Shown in pieces: positions 36,687 to 53,683 of a DNA stretch of 64,000 nucleotides. The stretch is from contig JACRCW010000042.1 in NCBI GenBank assembly GCA_016218805.1, positions 1 to 64,000 of the forward strand. The letters are read 5' to 3'. This stretch comes from Deltaproteobacteria bacterium. GTDB taxonomy: Bacteria; Myxococcota; JACRCW01. The notes under the pieces are model-generated. The model saw only the letters and a program-made list of their open reading frames with translations. It had not been told where the DNA came from and ran no database searches. The position numbers and the translations under genes were made by a program. The first letter of the stretch is position 1; each line of letters begins with the position of its first letter.

Positions 36687-39600
36687 ATGCAACGCGCACC
36701 CAGGGTTGACCCGCGGTACTCGCCGGCGGACACGCCCCCCCACCCGGCGACTGGCGTCGCCGACCTCCCCCCGCAAGCGGGGGGAGGTGTTGTTGCCGCA
36801 TTGCTCCTCCTGGCGCTGGCTGCCTGCCCCGCACCGAAAGACCCCCCAGCCGCACCCGCCGGGCCGCCCACCGGCCCCCTCGCCGTCCTCGCCATAGGAC
36901 CCCGCGGCGAAGTCACCGGCCCCGTCCAGGTGTTTGCCACCTTTGACAAGCCGGTGACACGGCTGGGCGAGATGGATGACGCGCGCGCCCACGAGTTTCT
37001 CCGCGTCACCCCGGAGAAACCCGGCCAGTACCGCTTCCTGGGTACCCAGACCGTCATCTTTGAATTCACCGGCGACGCGCCCCGCTCCAGCGAGTTCACC
37101 GCCGAAGTGCCCCTCACCGCCCGCTCCGTTGACGGATCCGGCCCCGCCCAGACCGCCCGCTCCCAGTTCACCACCCTGCGCCTGGCCGTTACCGACACCA
37201 GCCCGGGTAAGGGATACAAACAGGCACCGTCCCGCCCCGCCATCCTGCTCACGTTCAACCAACCGGTGGACCCCGCGGACGTCACGCGCCACACCTCGTT
37301 CCGCCTCCCCGCCCCGCACGCCCCCGTCACCGCCACCTGCACCCCCGCCCCGCGTGACGCCACACCCAACAGCCTCACGTGCACCGCCACCGCGGACATC
37401 GCACCGTCCACGGCCGTGGACCTGGTGGTCGCCGCGGCGCTCCACGGTGCGGAGGGCGCCCTGGGCATGGCCGCCGAGTTTGCCCTGCCCTTTGCCATCC
37501 ACGGCCCCCCCGGCGTGGAACGCGTCCTGTGTGATGACGGGTGCAAACCGGAGTACGGCGCCCGCATCAGTTTCCTCACGCCGGTGATCCCCAAGAAGGC
37601 CGCGCAGTTCCTCGTGGTGGAACCCGCCATAGACATGACGCGCTTCTCCGGCGACTACCCCTCCACCTCGCTGTACTTGGGACAGCTCAAGCCGTCTTCG
37701 GCCTACCAGGTCACCATCAGGGCGGGCCTGGTGGATGAGTTTGGCCAGGCCACGCAGGGGGACCAGTCCTTCCAGTTCACCACCGCCGCGGCCACGCCGC
37801 GCGCCACCGTGCCCCGCGGATTCCTCACCATGGAACCGGGCGCTCCCGTCCTGCGCGTGCACTCCACCAATGCGCACCGCGCCACGCTGCGCGCGTGGAA
37901 GCTCTCTGACGCGGAGGCACCCGTGCTTGCCCGCGCCTTTGACCGCGGCGGCGGGGACGTCAAACGCCGCCCGCATGACGCCGCTAAAGACATTGATTTG
38001 AAGTACGTACCCGACCAGCGAACGCTGACCGAGATCCCCCTGTCCGAGTGGCTCCCCGGCGGGCGCGGCCTGATGGCGTACAGCCTGGTCTTCAAGGAGG
38101 TGTTCTCCTGGCGCGATCACCCGCTGGCCGTGGACGGGTTCATCCAGGGCACCTCCATGGGCGTGTCCGTCAAGGCGTGGAACAACGGCGTGCTGGTGTG
38201 GGTCACCGGCCTGGCGGACGGGAAACCCGTGGCGGGCGCCACCGTCACCGTCACGGACCCAACCGGCTTGCGCCTGTGGAACGGGACCACGGATGAATCC
38301 GGGCTGGCGTACGCGGCCGGTATTGACGTGGCCCCGGCGCGTGAAGCGTGGGCGGTGGTGCGCCACGACGACGACGTGGCGCTGGGCAGCGCGGAGTTTG
38401 ATGACGGCCTGTCCGTGTGGGACCTGGGCGGCCAGGCGGCGTGGGGCGAGGACAACCAGTTGGTGGGCCTGGTGTTCACCGACCGCGGCGTGTACCGCCC
38501 GGGCGAACCGGTGCACGTGAAGGTCCTGGCGCGCACCCTCTCCGGCGGCGAGCTGGGCATCCCGCGTGAGACCAGCGCGAAGCTGGAGGTGATGGGCCCC
38601 ACCGGCGACAACGTCCTCACGCGCAACGTGAAGCTCTCCGCCCTGGGCACGGCGAACCTCACGTTCAACCTGGACAAGGGCTCCAAGCTGGGGAGCTACA
38701 ACCTGCACTTCGGTTATGGTGACGACGGACAGGGACTGTATGCCAGCGTGCTGGTGGAGGAGTTCAAGGCGCCGGATTTCAAGGTGGAGGTCCTGCCGGC
38801 GCGCCCGCAGATGATCATGGGCGAGTCCGTGCCCGTGACCGCGCGCGCGGCGTACCTGTTTGGTGCACCGCTGTCCGAGGCGGCCGTCAAGTACACCGTC
38901 ACGCTGTCCCCCAGCTATTTCCAGCCGCCCGGAGCGGAGGGCTACACGTTCAACGACGACACGCGCTGGCTGTCCGATGGGTACATCAGCGCGCAGCAGC
39001 TTGCGTCCGCCGAGGCGAAAGCCGGCAAGGACGGCACTCTCAGCATCAACGTGGAGGCCAAGGGCGAACCGCCGGGCGGACCGGGCAGCGCCTCCGTGGA
39101 GGTCACCGCCACCGACCCATCCGGCCAGGCCATCACGGGATCCACCAGCATCACGGTGCACCCCGGTGAGCACTACCTGGGGCTGCGCACGCGGGAGAGC
39201 CTGCTCAAGTCCGGCGAGGCGTTTCCCGTGGAGGTGGTGGCACTCAAGCCGGATGGCGCGCCCGCCACGGGCAGCGCCACGGTGGTGCTGAAGCGGCGCG
39301 AATACCGTTCCATGCGGCAGGCCGGCCTCGGCGAGGCGACCGAACCGCTGCAGGCGTTTGAGGACAAGGAGGTCGCCCGCTGCGAGGTGAGCGGGCTGGG
39401 GAAGGAGCCCAAGGCGTGTTCGCTCACGCCCACCGCGGCGGGCCTGTTCCTGCTCAGCGTGTCAGGTAAGGACTCCAAAGGACGGGAGTTGTTCGCGGCG
39501 CGGGTGGTCTGGGTGGCCGGGCCGGGCGAGGCACCGTGGGCGTCCGACGAGTCCTTGGCGGTGAAGCTGGTGCCGGATCGTAAGTCCTACAAGCCCGGTG

Positions 39601-42323
39601 ACGTGGCCAAGGTGCTGGTGCAGAACCCGTGGCCGGGTGCGCGCGCGCTGGTGACCCTGGAGCGCGGCGGCGTGTTGTCCCAGAAGGTGGTCACGTTGGA
39701 CGGCAGCGCCCCGGTGCTGGAGGTGCCGGTGGAGGAGAAGTACGTCCCCAACGTGTGGCTGGGCGTGGTGCTGGTGCGCGGCCGCACCGCGGCGCCGCAA
39801 CCCGGCAAGCCGGACCGTGACAAGCCGGCCGTGCGCGGCGGTTACGCGCTGATTCCCGTGGACACGGGCACGCGCCGGCTGGCGGTGGCGCTCAGCACGG
39901 ACGCCCCTGTGTATGGCCCGCGTGACGAGGTGAAAGCCACCGTGAAGGTGGCGGACCAGGCCGGTGCGCCGGCTGCCGCGGAGGTGGCGCTGTTTGTGGT
40001 GGACGAAAGCGTGCTGCAGCTCACCGGCTTCCGCACGCCGGACCCGGTGCCGCTGCTCTATGCGCAGCGCGGTATTTCGGTGCGCACCGGGGACAGCCGC
40101 GTTCACGTGGTGGACGCGCGGTCCTACGGCGAAAAGGGCGAGGAGGAGGGTGGCGGCGGCCTGGGCGCATTGCTGGGTGATGAGGCCGTGCGCGGCCGGT
40201 TCCTCACGTGCGCGTACTTCAATCCCGCCATCAAGGTGCCCGCATCCGGCGTGGCGGAGGTGAGCTTCAAACTCCCGGACAACCTCACCAGCTTCCGCCT
40301 CATGGCGCTGGCCATTGGCGAAGGCCACCGCGTAGGAAGTGCAGAAGGCAGCCTGCGCGTGCGCAAGCCGCTGATGCTGCGGGCGGCGCAGCCGCGGTTG
40401 CTGCGCGTGGGGGACGACGCGCAGGTGGGCGTGGTCATTGTCAATGCGTCAGACAGCGCCGGTCCGGTGGACCTTGCCGTGGAGAACCGCACGCCGGAAC
40501 TGGTGAAGCTGGGACCCGCCGCGGCCAGCGTGCAGACAGCCGCGGGTGCCAGCGTGCCGTTCCGCGTTCCCGTCACCGCGTTGAAGTCCGGGACCGCGGT
40601 GCTGCGGTTTGCGGGGAAGCTGGGCGCAACGGGTGATGGTCTTGAGCTGCGCTTCCCCGTGGCAGACCCGGTCCCGCTGCTCCACGACGGAACGTACGGC
40701 ACGGTGGAGGGCGGCAAGAAGGTGGACGTCCCGCTGGGCCTGCCCGCCGGTGCGCGCGACGACGTGGGCGGCCTCACCGTCACGCTGGCCACCACGCTGC
40801 TCACGCAGCTGTCCGGGTCCGCGCTGTTCCTGGCCACCTACCCGTACGACTGCGCGGAACAGACCGCGAGCAAGCTCCTGCCGTACGTGGAACTGGCATC
40901 ACTGCGGCAGGTGTTTGACCCGGCCGCGGCCACACCGGAGGCGCTGCAGGCAAAAGCGAATGCCGCGGTGCAGAAGCTGCTGGCGTTCCAGAACGACGAC
41001 GGCGGGACGGGCTACTGGGCCGGCCACACTTCCAACCCGTGGCTCACCGCGTGGTCCACGCTGGCGCTGGCCCGTGCGCAGGCCGCCGGCTTCAAGGTGC
41101 CCGCGCAGTCACTGCACCGCGCACAGGCGTACCTCAAGGACATGCTGGCCAAATGGCCCGCCGGTGTCCGTGATGCATGGGGCGATGAGGCGCTGGCGTT
41201 TGTGGTGGACGTACTGGCGACGTTGAAGGACCCGGTGCCGTCCTTTGCCAGCACGCTGTTTGACCGCCGCGCCGCCATGCCGTTGGAAGCACGCGCCATG
41301 CTGCTGCACGCCATGGCGCTCGCCGGCAATGCGCGCCAGGTGAAACCACTGGCGGATGACCTGCTGGCGCACGTGCACCAGTCCGCCAAGGGCGCCACGG
41401 TGCAGTCGTCGTCAACTGATCGGCGCTATTGGACCTCACCCACGCGCGAGCACGCGCTGGTGCTCCGCGCGCTGGTGGCCGCGGGCGCGGACCAGGCCGT
41501 GTTGGACAAGCTGGCGGTGGGGCTAGTGGCAGCGCAGCAACGCGGCACGTACCGGACCACGCAGGAGGCGTCCTGGGCCATGCTGGCACTGCGCGACTAC
41601 CAGGACGCGCTGCAGACAGCACCCATGAAGGCGGAGGTCACCGCGAGCGCGGGCACCACGGACGTCGTCAAGGCCGCGTTTGACAAGGTGTCGTTTGACA
41701 CGGTCGTCGGCACCGCGCCCGTTGCAGCGGTGAAGGCGGGGACGCTGTCCATCGGAGCGGAAGGCAGCGGTACCGTGCACTGGGGCGCCACCGTGTCCCA
41801 CGCGCCGTCCGCCATTCCTTCCGTTCCCGTTGAGCGCGGCCTGTTCATCCAGCGCGTGCTCAAGTGGAACGGACAACCGGTAAAGGACCGCGTGAAGGCC
41901 GGGCAGCTGCTGCACCTGGTGGTGGAGCTGAGCACCCCGGCGGACCGGCATGACGTCGTTGTGGACGTGCCGGTGCCCGCAGGGATGGAGCTGGTGAATG
42001 TCCGCTTTTCAACGTCCGAGACCGTGCCTCCCGTGGCCGGCGGCGAGCCGCGTGGTGACGAGGACTGCGAGAGCGAGGAGTGCGCCGAGGCGTGGCGGCC
42101 CGACCCGACACTGCAGGGACCGTTTGATCACGTGGAGCTGCGGGATGACCGGCTGCTCCTGTTTGCGTCCTCATTGCCGCGCGGGGTGCACCGGTACGTG
42201 GCGGGGGTTCGCAGCGTGACGCCGGGAACGTACCGGGTTCCGCCCGCCAAAGCGGAGGGAATGTACGAACCCGAAGTGGTGGGGCAGACTCCGGGGAGCA
42301 CTTTCACGGTGGAGGCGCCATGA
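36687..42323 (+). CDS. Bacterial alpha-2-macroglobulin family lipoprotein
   Basis: Lipobox LAAC; FTDRGVYRPGE, KLPDNLTSFR, thioester YPYDCAEQ, C-terminal PPAKAEGMYEPE. Confidence 0.95.
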   Translation: MQRAPRVDPRYSPADTPPHPATGVADLPPQAGGGVVAALLLLALAACPAPKDPPAAPAGPPTGPLAVLAIGPRGEVTGPVQVFATFDKPVTRLGEMDDARAHEFLRVTPEKPGQYRFLGTQTVIFEFTGDAPRSSEFTAEVPLTARSVDGSGPAQTARSQFTTLRLAVTDTSPGKGYKQAPSRPAILLTFNQPVDPADVTRHTSFRLPAPHAPVTATCTPAPRDATPNSLTCTATADIAPSTAVDLVVAAALHGAEGALGMAAEFALPFAIHGPPGVERVLCDDGCKPEYGARISFLTPVIPKKAAQFLVVEPAIDMTRFSGDYPSTSLYLGQLKPSSAYQVTIRAGLVDEFGQATQGDQSFQFTTAAATPRATVPRGFLTMEPGAPVLRVHSTNAHRATLRAWKLSDAEAPVLARAFDRGGGDVKRRPHDAAKDIDLKYVPDQRTLTEIPLSEWLPGGRGLMAYSLVFKEVFSWRDHPLAVDGFIQGTSMGVSVKAWNNGVLVWVTGLADGKPVAGATVTVTDPTGLRLWNGTTDESGLAYAAGIDVAPAREAWAVVRHDDDVALGSAEFDDGLSVWDLGGQAAWGEDNQLVGLVFTDRGVYRPGEPVHVKVLARTLSGGELGIPRETSAKLEVMGPTGDNVLTRNVKLSALGTANLTFNLDKGSKLGSYNLHFGYGDDGQGLYASVLVEEFKAPDFKVEVLPARPQMIMGESVPVTARAAYLFGAPLSEAAVKYTVTLSPSYFQPPGAEGYTFNDDTRWLSDGYISAQQLASAEAKAGKDGTLSINVEAKGEPPGGPGSASVEVTATDPSGQAITGSTSITVHPGEHYLGLRTRESLLKSGEAFPVEVVALKPDGAPATGSATVVLKRREYRSMRQAGLGEATEPLQAFEDKEVARCEVSGLGKEPKACSLTPTAAGLFLLSVSGKDSKGRELFAARVVWVAGPGEAPWASDESLAVKLVPDRKSYKPGDVAKVLVQNPWPGARALVTLERGGVLSQKVVTLDGSAPVLEVPVEEKYVPNVWLGVVLVRGRTAAPQPGKPDRDKPAVRGGYALIPVDTGTRRLAVALSTDAPVYGPRDEVKATVKVADQAGAPAAAEVALFVVDESVLQLTGFRTPDPVPLLYAQRGISVRTGDSRVHVVDARSYGEKGEEEGGGGLGALLGDEAVRGRFLTCAYFNPAIKVPASGVAEVSFKLPDNLTSFRLMALAIGEGHRVGSAEGSLRVRKPLMLRAAQPRLLRVGDDAQVGVVIVNASDSAGPVDLAVENRTPELVKLGPAAASVQTAAGASVPFRVPVTALKSGTAVLRFAGKLGATGDGLELRFPVADPVPLLHDGTYGTVEGGKKVDVPLGLPAGARDDVGGLTVTLATTLLTQLSGSALFLATYPYDCAEQTASKLLPYVELASLRQVFDPAAATPEALQAKANAAVQKLLAFQNDDGGTGYWAGHTSNPWLTAWSTLALARAQAAGFKVPAQSLHRAQAYLKDMLAKWPAGVRDAWGDEALAFVVDVLATLKDPVPSFASTLFDRRAAMPLEARAMLLHAMALAGNARQVKPLADDLLAHVHQSAKGATVQSSSTDRRYWTSPTREHALVLRALVAAGADQAVLDKLAVGLVAAQQRGTYRTTQEASWAMLALRDYQDALQTAPMKAEVTASAGTTDVVKAAFDKVSFDTVVGTAPVAAVKAGTLSIGAEGSGTVHWGATVSHAPSAIPSVPVERGLFIQRVLKWNGQPVKDRVKAGQLLHLVVELSTPADRHDVVVDVPVPAGMELVNVRFSTSETVPPVAGGEPRGDEDCESEECAEAWRPDPTLQGPFDHVELRDDRLLLFASSLPRGVHRYVAGVRSVTPGTYRVPPAKAEGMYEPEVVGQTPGSTFTVEAP
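36735..36790. repeat. Double-hairpin palindromic element (REP/RPE-like) inside the 5' end of the A2M ORF
   Basis: CCCCCCCACC-CGGCGA-CTGGCG-TCGCCG-ACCTCCCCCCGC-AA-GCGGGGGGAGGT; translates as PPHPATGVADLPPQAGGG. Confidence 0.65.
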
Positions 42324-43075
42324 CGGCACGGGTTGTACTCACGCGGGACGGCAACATTGCCCACGTTGCCATGGACGACGGACGGGGCAACGCGCTGGGA
42401 ACGCCCATGCTGGAAGCGCTGCTGGATGCGGCGACGCGCGCGGCGGACGCGGACGCGGTGTTGCTCACCGGGCGGCCCAAGGTCTTCTGCGGCGGGCTGG
42501 ACCTGGCGGAGGTGGTCCCCAACCACCGGTTTGCCATGGAGCGGTTCCTGGGGCTGTTCCACGCAGCGTGCCGCGCGTGGCTGGCGTTGGAGCGTCCCGT
42601 TGTCATGGCCGCGGCGGGCGGCGCGGTGGCAGGCGGCGCGGTGCTGCTGGCGTGCGGGGACCGCCGGCTGGGTGCGCGTGACAACGGCGTGGTGGGCGTC
42701 AACGAAGTGCGCCTGGGCATCCCCTTCCCCGCCAGCGCGCTGGAATGCGTCCGCGCCGCGCTGTCGTCGTCACAGGCGCACCGCGCGCTGCTGTTTGGCG
42801 AGCTGGTGGGCCGGGAGGAGGCGCTGGCCATGGGCTGGTTCCACGCGCTGCACCCGCCCGACGAGTTGTTGCCCCGCGCGTGGGACGCGGTCCGCGACGC
42901 TGCCACCATCCCGGCCACGGCCACGGCCGCTGTGAAACGCGCGTTGCGGCGCGACCACCTGGAGCGGATGGACGCGTTGGGTCCGTCCTCAAATGCGGCC
43001 TTTGCCGCGGCGTGGACCGGCCCCGAGGCGCAGGCACGCCTCAACAAGGTGCTGGCCTCCATCAAGCGCAAGTGA
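42320..43075 (+). CDS. Enoyl-CoA hydratase/isomerase family protein
   Basis: GNALG, FCGGLDL, GGAVAGG, GVNEVRLGI; ATGA overlap with the A2M stop. Confidence 0.92.
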   Translation: MTARVVLTRDGNIAHVAMDDGRGNALGTPMLEALLDAATRAADADAVLLTGRPKVFCGGLDLAEVVPNHRFAMERFLGLFHAACRAWLALERPVVMAAAGGAVAGGAVLLACGDRRLGARDNGVVGVNEVRLGIPFPASALECVRAALSSSQAHRALLFGELVGREEALAMGWFHALHPPDELLPRAWDAVRDAATIPATATAAVKRALRRDHLERMDALGPSSNAAFAAAWTGPEAQARLNKVLASIKRK

Positions 43076-43578
43076 GCTTTTGCGCAAGCAGTGCGCGCCC
43101 GGCCGCGTGCCCGCGCCCCACGCGCCCGGACATCCCGCTGCGGCCGCGGGCCTGCTCCACGTCCTGCCTCCCACGATAAAGTCAGTATTCAAACGACGGC
43201 TTCCGGAAGAACGCCTTCCACCGGAACGCCTTGCGCTTTTGCGCTGCAAACGGGTTTCTTCCGCGATCTGCCGCGCGCTCTAGCTGGACAATTGACCCAG
43301 AAGGTGCAACTGGCCGTGCGCTGCCAACGGACGGGAGGGGACATGGCAACAGAGAGCCGACGCGCGGTGGTGTGTGCCCGCGGACCACGGGCGGTCAACA
43401 CCGCGGACACCCGCGCCGTACCCCGTTTGTGTGGCGCGCGTGCAGGGCCCGCACTGGCCGCCGCCCGCCGGTTGTCGGGCTGAACATCTCTCGAAGTCGC
43501 CGGGACACTCGATCCATCGAAGTCAATGCCCTGCCATGAGGCACGGCGCGTCACCCCACTCTGCTGCTGGAGAAGACC

Positions 43579-50526
<6,948 letters not shown>

Positions 50527-50534
50527 GAGCCGCG

Positions 50535-51374
50535 ATGACGGGGCTGAGCCGCACCAACCAAGACCTCCAGGACATTGAGCAGCAGCTGCTGCTTGAAGCC
50601 ATCTTCAGGCGGTACGGTTTTGACTTCCGGGAATACTCCACGGCGTCGATTCACCGTCGCATCCTCGGCCGCGTGGCGGCGGAGAAGCTGAGGAGCATCT
50701 CCGGACTGCAGGAAAGGCTGCTCCATGATCCGGAGTGCATGGAGCGCCTGCTGCTGGCGCTCACCGTCCACGTGACGTCGATGTTTCGCGATCCGGCCTT
50801 CTACGTTGCGTTCCGTCAGAAGGTGGTGCCGTTGCTCAAGACCTATCCGTTTGTCCGCATCTGGCACGCCGGCTGTTCAACGGGCGAGGAGGTCTACTCC
50901 ATGGCCATGCTGGTGCGGGAGGAAGGCCTGGCGGAACGTTGCCGCATCTACGCCACGGACCTCTCTGAGGCCGTGCTCAAGCAGGCCAAGGCGGGCGTGT
51001 TCCCGCTCGCGGCGATGAAGGAATACACCGAGAACTACCACCAGGCGGGAGGCACCGCGTCGTTCTCGGAGTACTACACGGCCAGGTTTGACCACGTTGT
51101 GATGCGGTCATTCTTGAAGGAGAACATTGTGTTTGCGGAGCACAACCTGGTCACGGACAGCTCCTTCAATGAGTTCAATGTGATCCTGTGCCGGAACGTG
51201 CTCATCTACTTCAACAAGACGCTCCAGAAGCGCGTCCACGGTCTGCTCTACACCAGCCTGGCGCGATTCGGCGTGCTGGCGCTGGGCCGCAAGGAGTCCC
51301 TCCGCTTCACCTCCCATGAAAACCGCTACGAAGTCCTTGACGGCGCCGAGCGGTTGTACCGGAGGGTTGCTTGA
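50535..51374 (+). CDS. cheR: CheR-family protein-glutamate O-methyltransferase
   Basis: VTSMFRDP, RIWHAGCSTGEEVYS, IYATD, ILCRNVLIYF. Confidence 0.93.
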   Translation: MTGLSRTNQDLQDIEQQLLLEAIFRRYGFDFREYSTASIHRRILGRVAAEKLRSISGLQERLLHDPECMERLLLALTVHVTSMFRDPAFYVAFRQKVVPLLKTYPFVRIWHAGCSTGEEVYSMAMLVREEGLAERCRIYATDLSEAVLKQAKAGVFPLAAMKEYTENYHQAGGTASFSEYYTARFDHVVMRSFLKENIVFAEHNLVTDSSFNEFNVILCRNVLIYFNKTLQKRVHGLLYTSLARFGVLALGRKESLRFTSHENRYEVLDGAERLYRRVA

Positions 51375-51375
51375 A

Positions 51376-51963
51376 ATGACGCCCTCCCTCGTCGTGGTGG
51401 GTGCCTCGTTGGGCGGTCTGAACGCGCTGCGGGCCATCATGGGTGGGTTGCCCCGGGATTTCCCGCTGCCCATTGTGGTGGTCCAGCACCGGAGCAGGGA
51501 TGGCGATGGTACGCTGACGCAGTTCCTGCAGGGCAGTTCCGCGCTGCCGGTGTGTGAACCTGACGACAAGGAGCCACTCAGCCCTGGCCGGATCTACATG
51601 GCGCCGGCGGACTACCACCTGCTGGTGGAATCCGGGAACCTGGCCTGTTCCACGGATGCGCCCGTCAACTTTTCCCGCCCCTCCATTGATGTGCTCTTTG
51701 ATTCGGCCGCTGAGGCCTACGGCAGCGGCGTGGTCGGAGTGATCCTGTCGGGGTCCAACGCGGACGGTGCCGCGGGAGCCGCCAGGATTGCGCACCGTGG
51801 CGGGATCGTCATTGTGGAGGATCCCAGCTTTGCGGAAGCGGCCGCCATGCCGGCAGCAGCCCTGGCCGCGGCGCCGCGTAGCCACGTTGCGCGGCTTGCC
51901 GAGATTGCACCGTTGCTGATGCGTGTCTGTTGCGACCGCGAAAGGACGCAGGACCATGGGTAG
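51376..51963 (+). CDS. cheB: CheB methylesterase (catalytic domain only)
   Basis: GASLGG, VVQH, RPSIDVLF, ILSGSNADG, MP; no receiver domain. Confidence 0.92.
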   Translation: MTPSLVVVGASLGGLNALRAIMGGLPRDFPLPIVVVQHRSRDGDGTLTQFLQGSSALPVCEPDDKEPLSPGRIYMAPADYHLLVESGNLACSTDAPVNFSRPSIDVLFDSAAEAYGSGVVGVILSGSNADGAAGAARIAHRGGIVIVEDPSFAEAAAMPAAALAAAPRSHVARLAEIAPLLMRVCCDRERTQDHG

Positions 51964-53683
51964 CAAGATCCGAGCAGAGCCCCAGGGGAGGATCCTGATT
52001 GTAGACGACCAGCGGGACAGTCTGGTGGCCATCCATGGTGCGCTGGAGCCCCTTGGGCTGGATGTGGTCCGGGCACAATCCGGCAGAGAGGCGCTCCGGA
52101 CCCTGCTCAGCCAGGACTTCAACCTGATCCTGCTGGACGTAGGGATGCCGGAGATGGACGGCTTTGAGACCGCGACGCTCATCCGCGAGAGCGAGCGGCA
52201 TCGCCGTACGCCCATTGTCTTTCTTACCGGCCTGCGGTCAATGGAAAACGTCAAGCGTGGCTATGCCGCGGGCGCCGCGGACTACATTGAAAAGCCGGTT
52301 GAGGCGGAAACACTCCGATCCAAAGTAGCCGCATTGGTCCACCTGTTCCGGGACTCGGTGGCCATGCCGGATGATCCGGTGGCCAACATTCTCGTGGTGG
52401 ATGACACGCCGGCCAACCTGGCAGCCATTGATGGCGCGCTGTCCACCCTGCGCGAGAACATTGTAACCGCGGGTTCCGGCGAAGAGGCGCTCGCGCTGCT
52501 GAGCGAGCAGGAGTTTTCGGTGTTGCTGCTGGACGTCATACTCCCGGGCATCGACGGGATCGAGACGGCGGCGGTGATTCGGCGCAACCCACGCACGCGG
52601 GACCTGCCCATCATTGTGATGAGCTCCCTTGCCCAGGCGCCCGAGTACATTGCGCGGGGTTATGCCGTGGGGGCGGTTGACTACCTGTTCCCACCGGTGG
52701 AGCCCAGCGTGCTGCGGGCCAAGGTGGCGGTGTTTGTTGACCTCTTCAAGAAGCGCGAGCGGCTGAGACGCCACGAAGAACAAATCCGGCGTTTTGAGCG
52801 CGCCGAGAGCGCCCGGCAGGTGGCGGAGGAGCGGCAGGCGCGGGAGGTTGAGGCCGTCAAGGTCCGCGCGGCCGAAGAGTTGGCCGCCACACGGGCGGCG
52901 CTGATCGCGGAGCTTAACCGAAAGAACGACGAACTCACGGGACTCAACCACGAACTGGACGCATTCACCTACGCCGCGTCCCATGACCTGCGTGCGCCAC
53001 TGCGGGCCGTGGACGGCTTCAGCCGCGCGCTTCTGGAGGACTGCGCGGATGAGCTGAGCGGCAAGGGCCAGGAACACCTCCGGAGCATCTGTGAGTCATC
53101 ACAGCAGATGGGTCGGCTCATTGAAGCCCTGCTGGGACTGTCGCGCGTGTCCAGGACCGACCTGCAGCCTGAAACCGTTGACGTCAGCAAGCTTGGCACC
53201 GAGGTCCTGGAGCGGCTTGCCAAGGCAGCACCAGATCGGAAGGTGGAGGTGGTCGTTGACGGCGGCATGACTGCGACGGGTGACCGGCGTCTCATTGAGG
53301 TCATGCTGGAGAACCTGCTTGGCAATGCGTGGAAGTTTACCGCCAGGAAGCCCAACGGCAGGATTGAGCTGGTGCGCGACACCCACGAGGACCGGCCGGT
53401 GTTTGTGGTGCGGGACAACGGCGCCGGGTTTGACGCCAGGTACGCAAGCAAGCTCTTCCAGCCGTTTCAGCGGCTCCACACGCAGACGGACTTTCCGGGG
53501 ACCGGGATAGGCCTGGCTACCGTGCACCGCATTGTGCGGCGGCATGGCGGCCGGATTTGGGCCAAGGGAGCGGTGGACCAGGGCGCGGCGTTCTATTTCA
53601 CGCTGGCGGATCCGGTGGCGGATGCCGCAACCCCGGCGGCACTCCACGCTGATGTCGGCGGGCCGCCGCCCGGGGGGCGGTGA
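51956..53683 (+). CDS. REC-REC-HisKA-HATPase hybrid sensor kinase
   Basis: Two receiver domains (ILIVDD/LLDV); SHDLRAPLR, NAWKFT, DNGAGF, GTGIGL. Confidence 0.93.
   Translation: MGSKIRAEPQGRILIVDDQRDSLVAIHGALEPLGLDVVRAQSGREALRTLLSQDFNLILLDVGMPEMDGFETATLIRESERHRRTPIVFLTGLRSMENVKRGYAAGAADYIEKPVEAETLRSKVAALVHLFRDSVAMPDDPVANILVVDDTPANLAAIDGALSTLRENIVTAGSGEEALALLSEQEFSVLLLDVILPGIDGIETAAVIRRNPRTRDLPIIVMSSLAQAPEYIARGYAVGAVDYLFPPVEPSVLRAKVAVFVDLFKKRERLRRHEEQIRRFERAESARQVAEERQAREVEAVKVRAAEELAATRAALIAELNRKNDELTGLNHELDAFTYAASHDLRAPLRAVDGFSRALLEDCADELSGKGQEHLRSICESSQQMGRLIEALLGLSRVSRTDLQPETVDVSKLGTEVLERLAKAAPDRKVEVVVDGGMTATGDRRLIEVMLENLLGNAWKFTARKPNGRIELVRDTHEDRPVFVVRDNGAGFDARYASKLFQPFQRLHTQTDFPGTGIGLATVHRIVRRHGGRIWAKGAVDQGAAFYFTLADPVADAATPAALHADVGGPPPGGR

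Noticed and set aside
43340..43365. RNase P RNA fragment (GCAACAGAGAGC)
   Set aside because: The universal GAGGAAAGTCC and 3' conserved motifs are absent nearby
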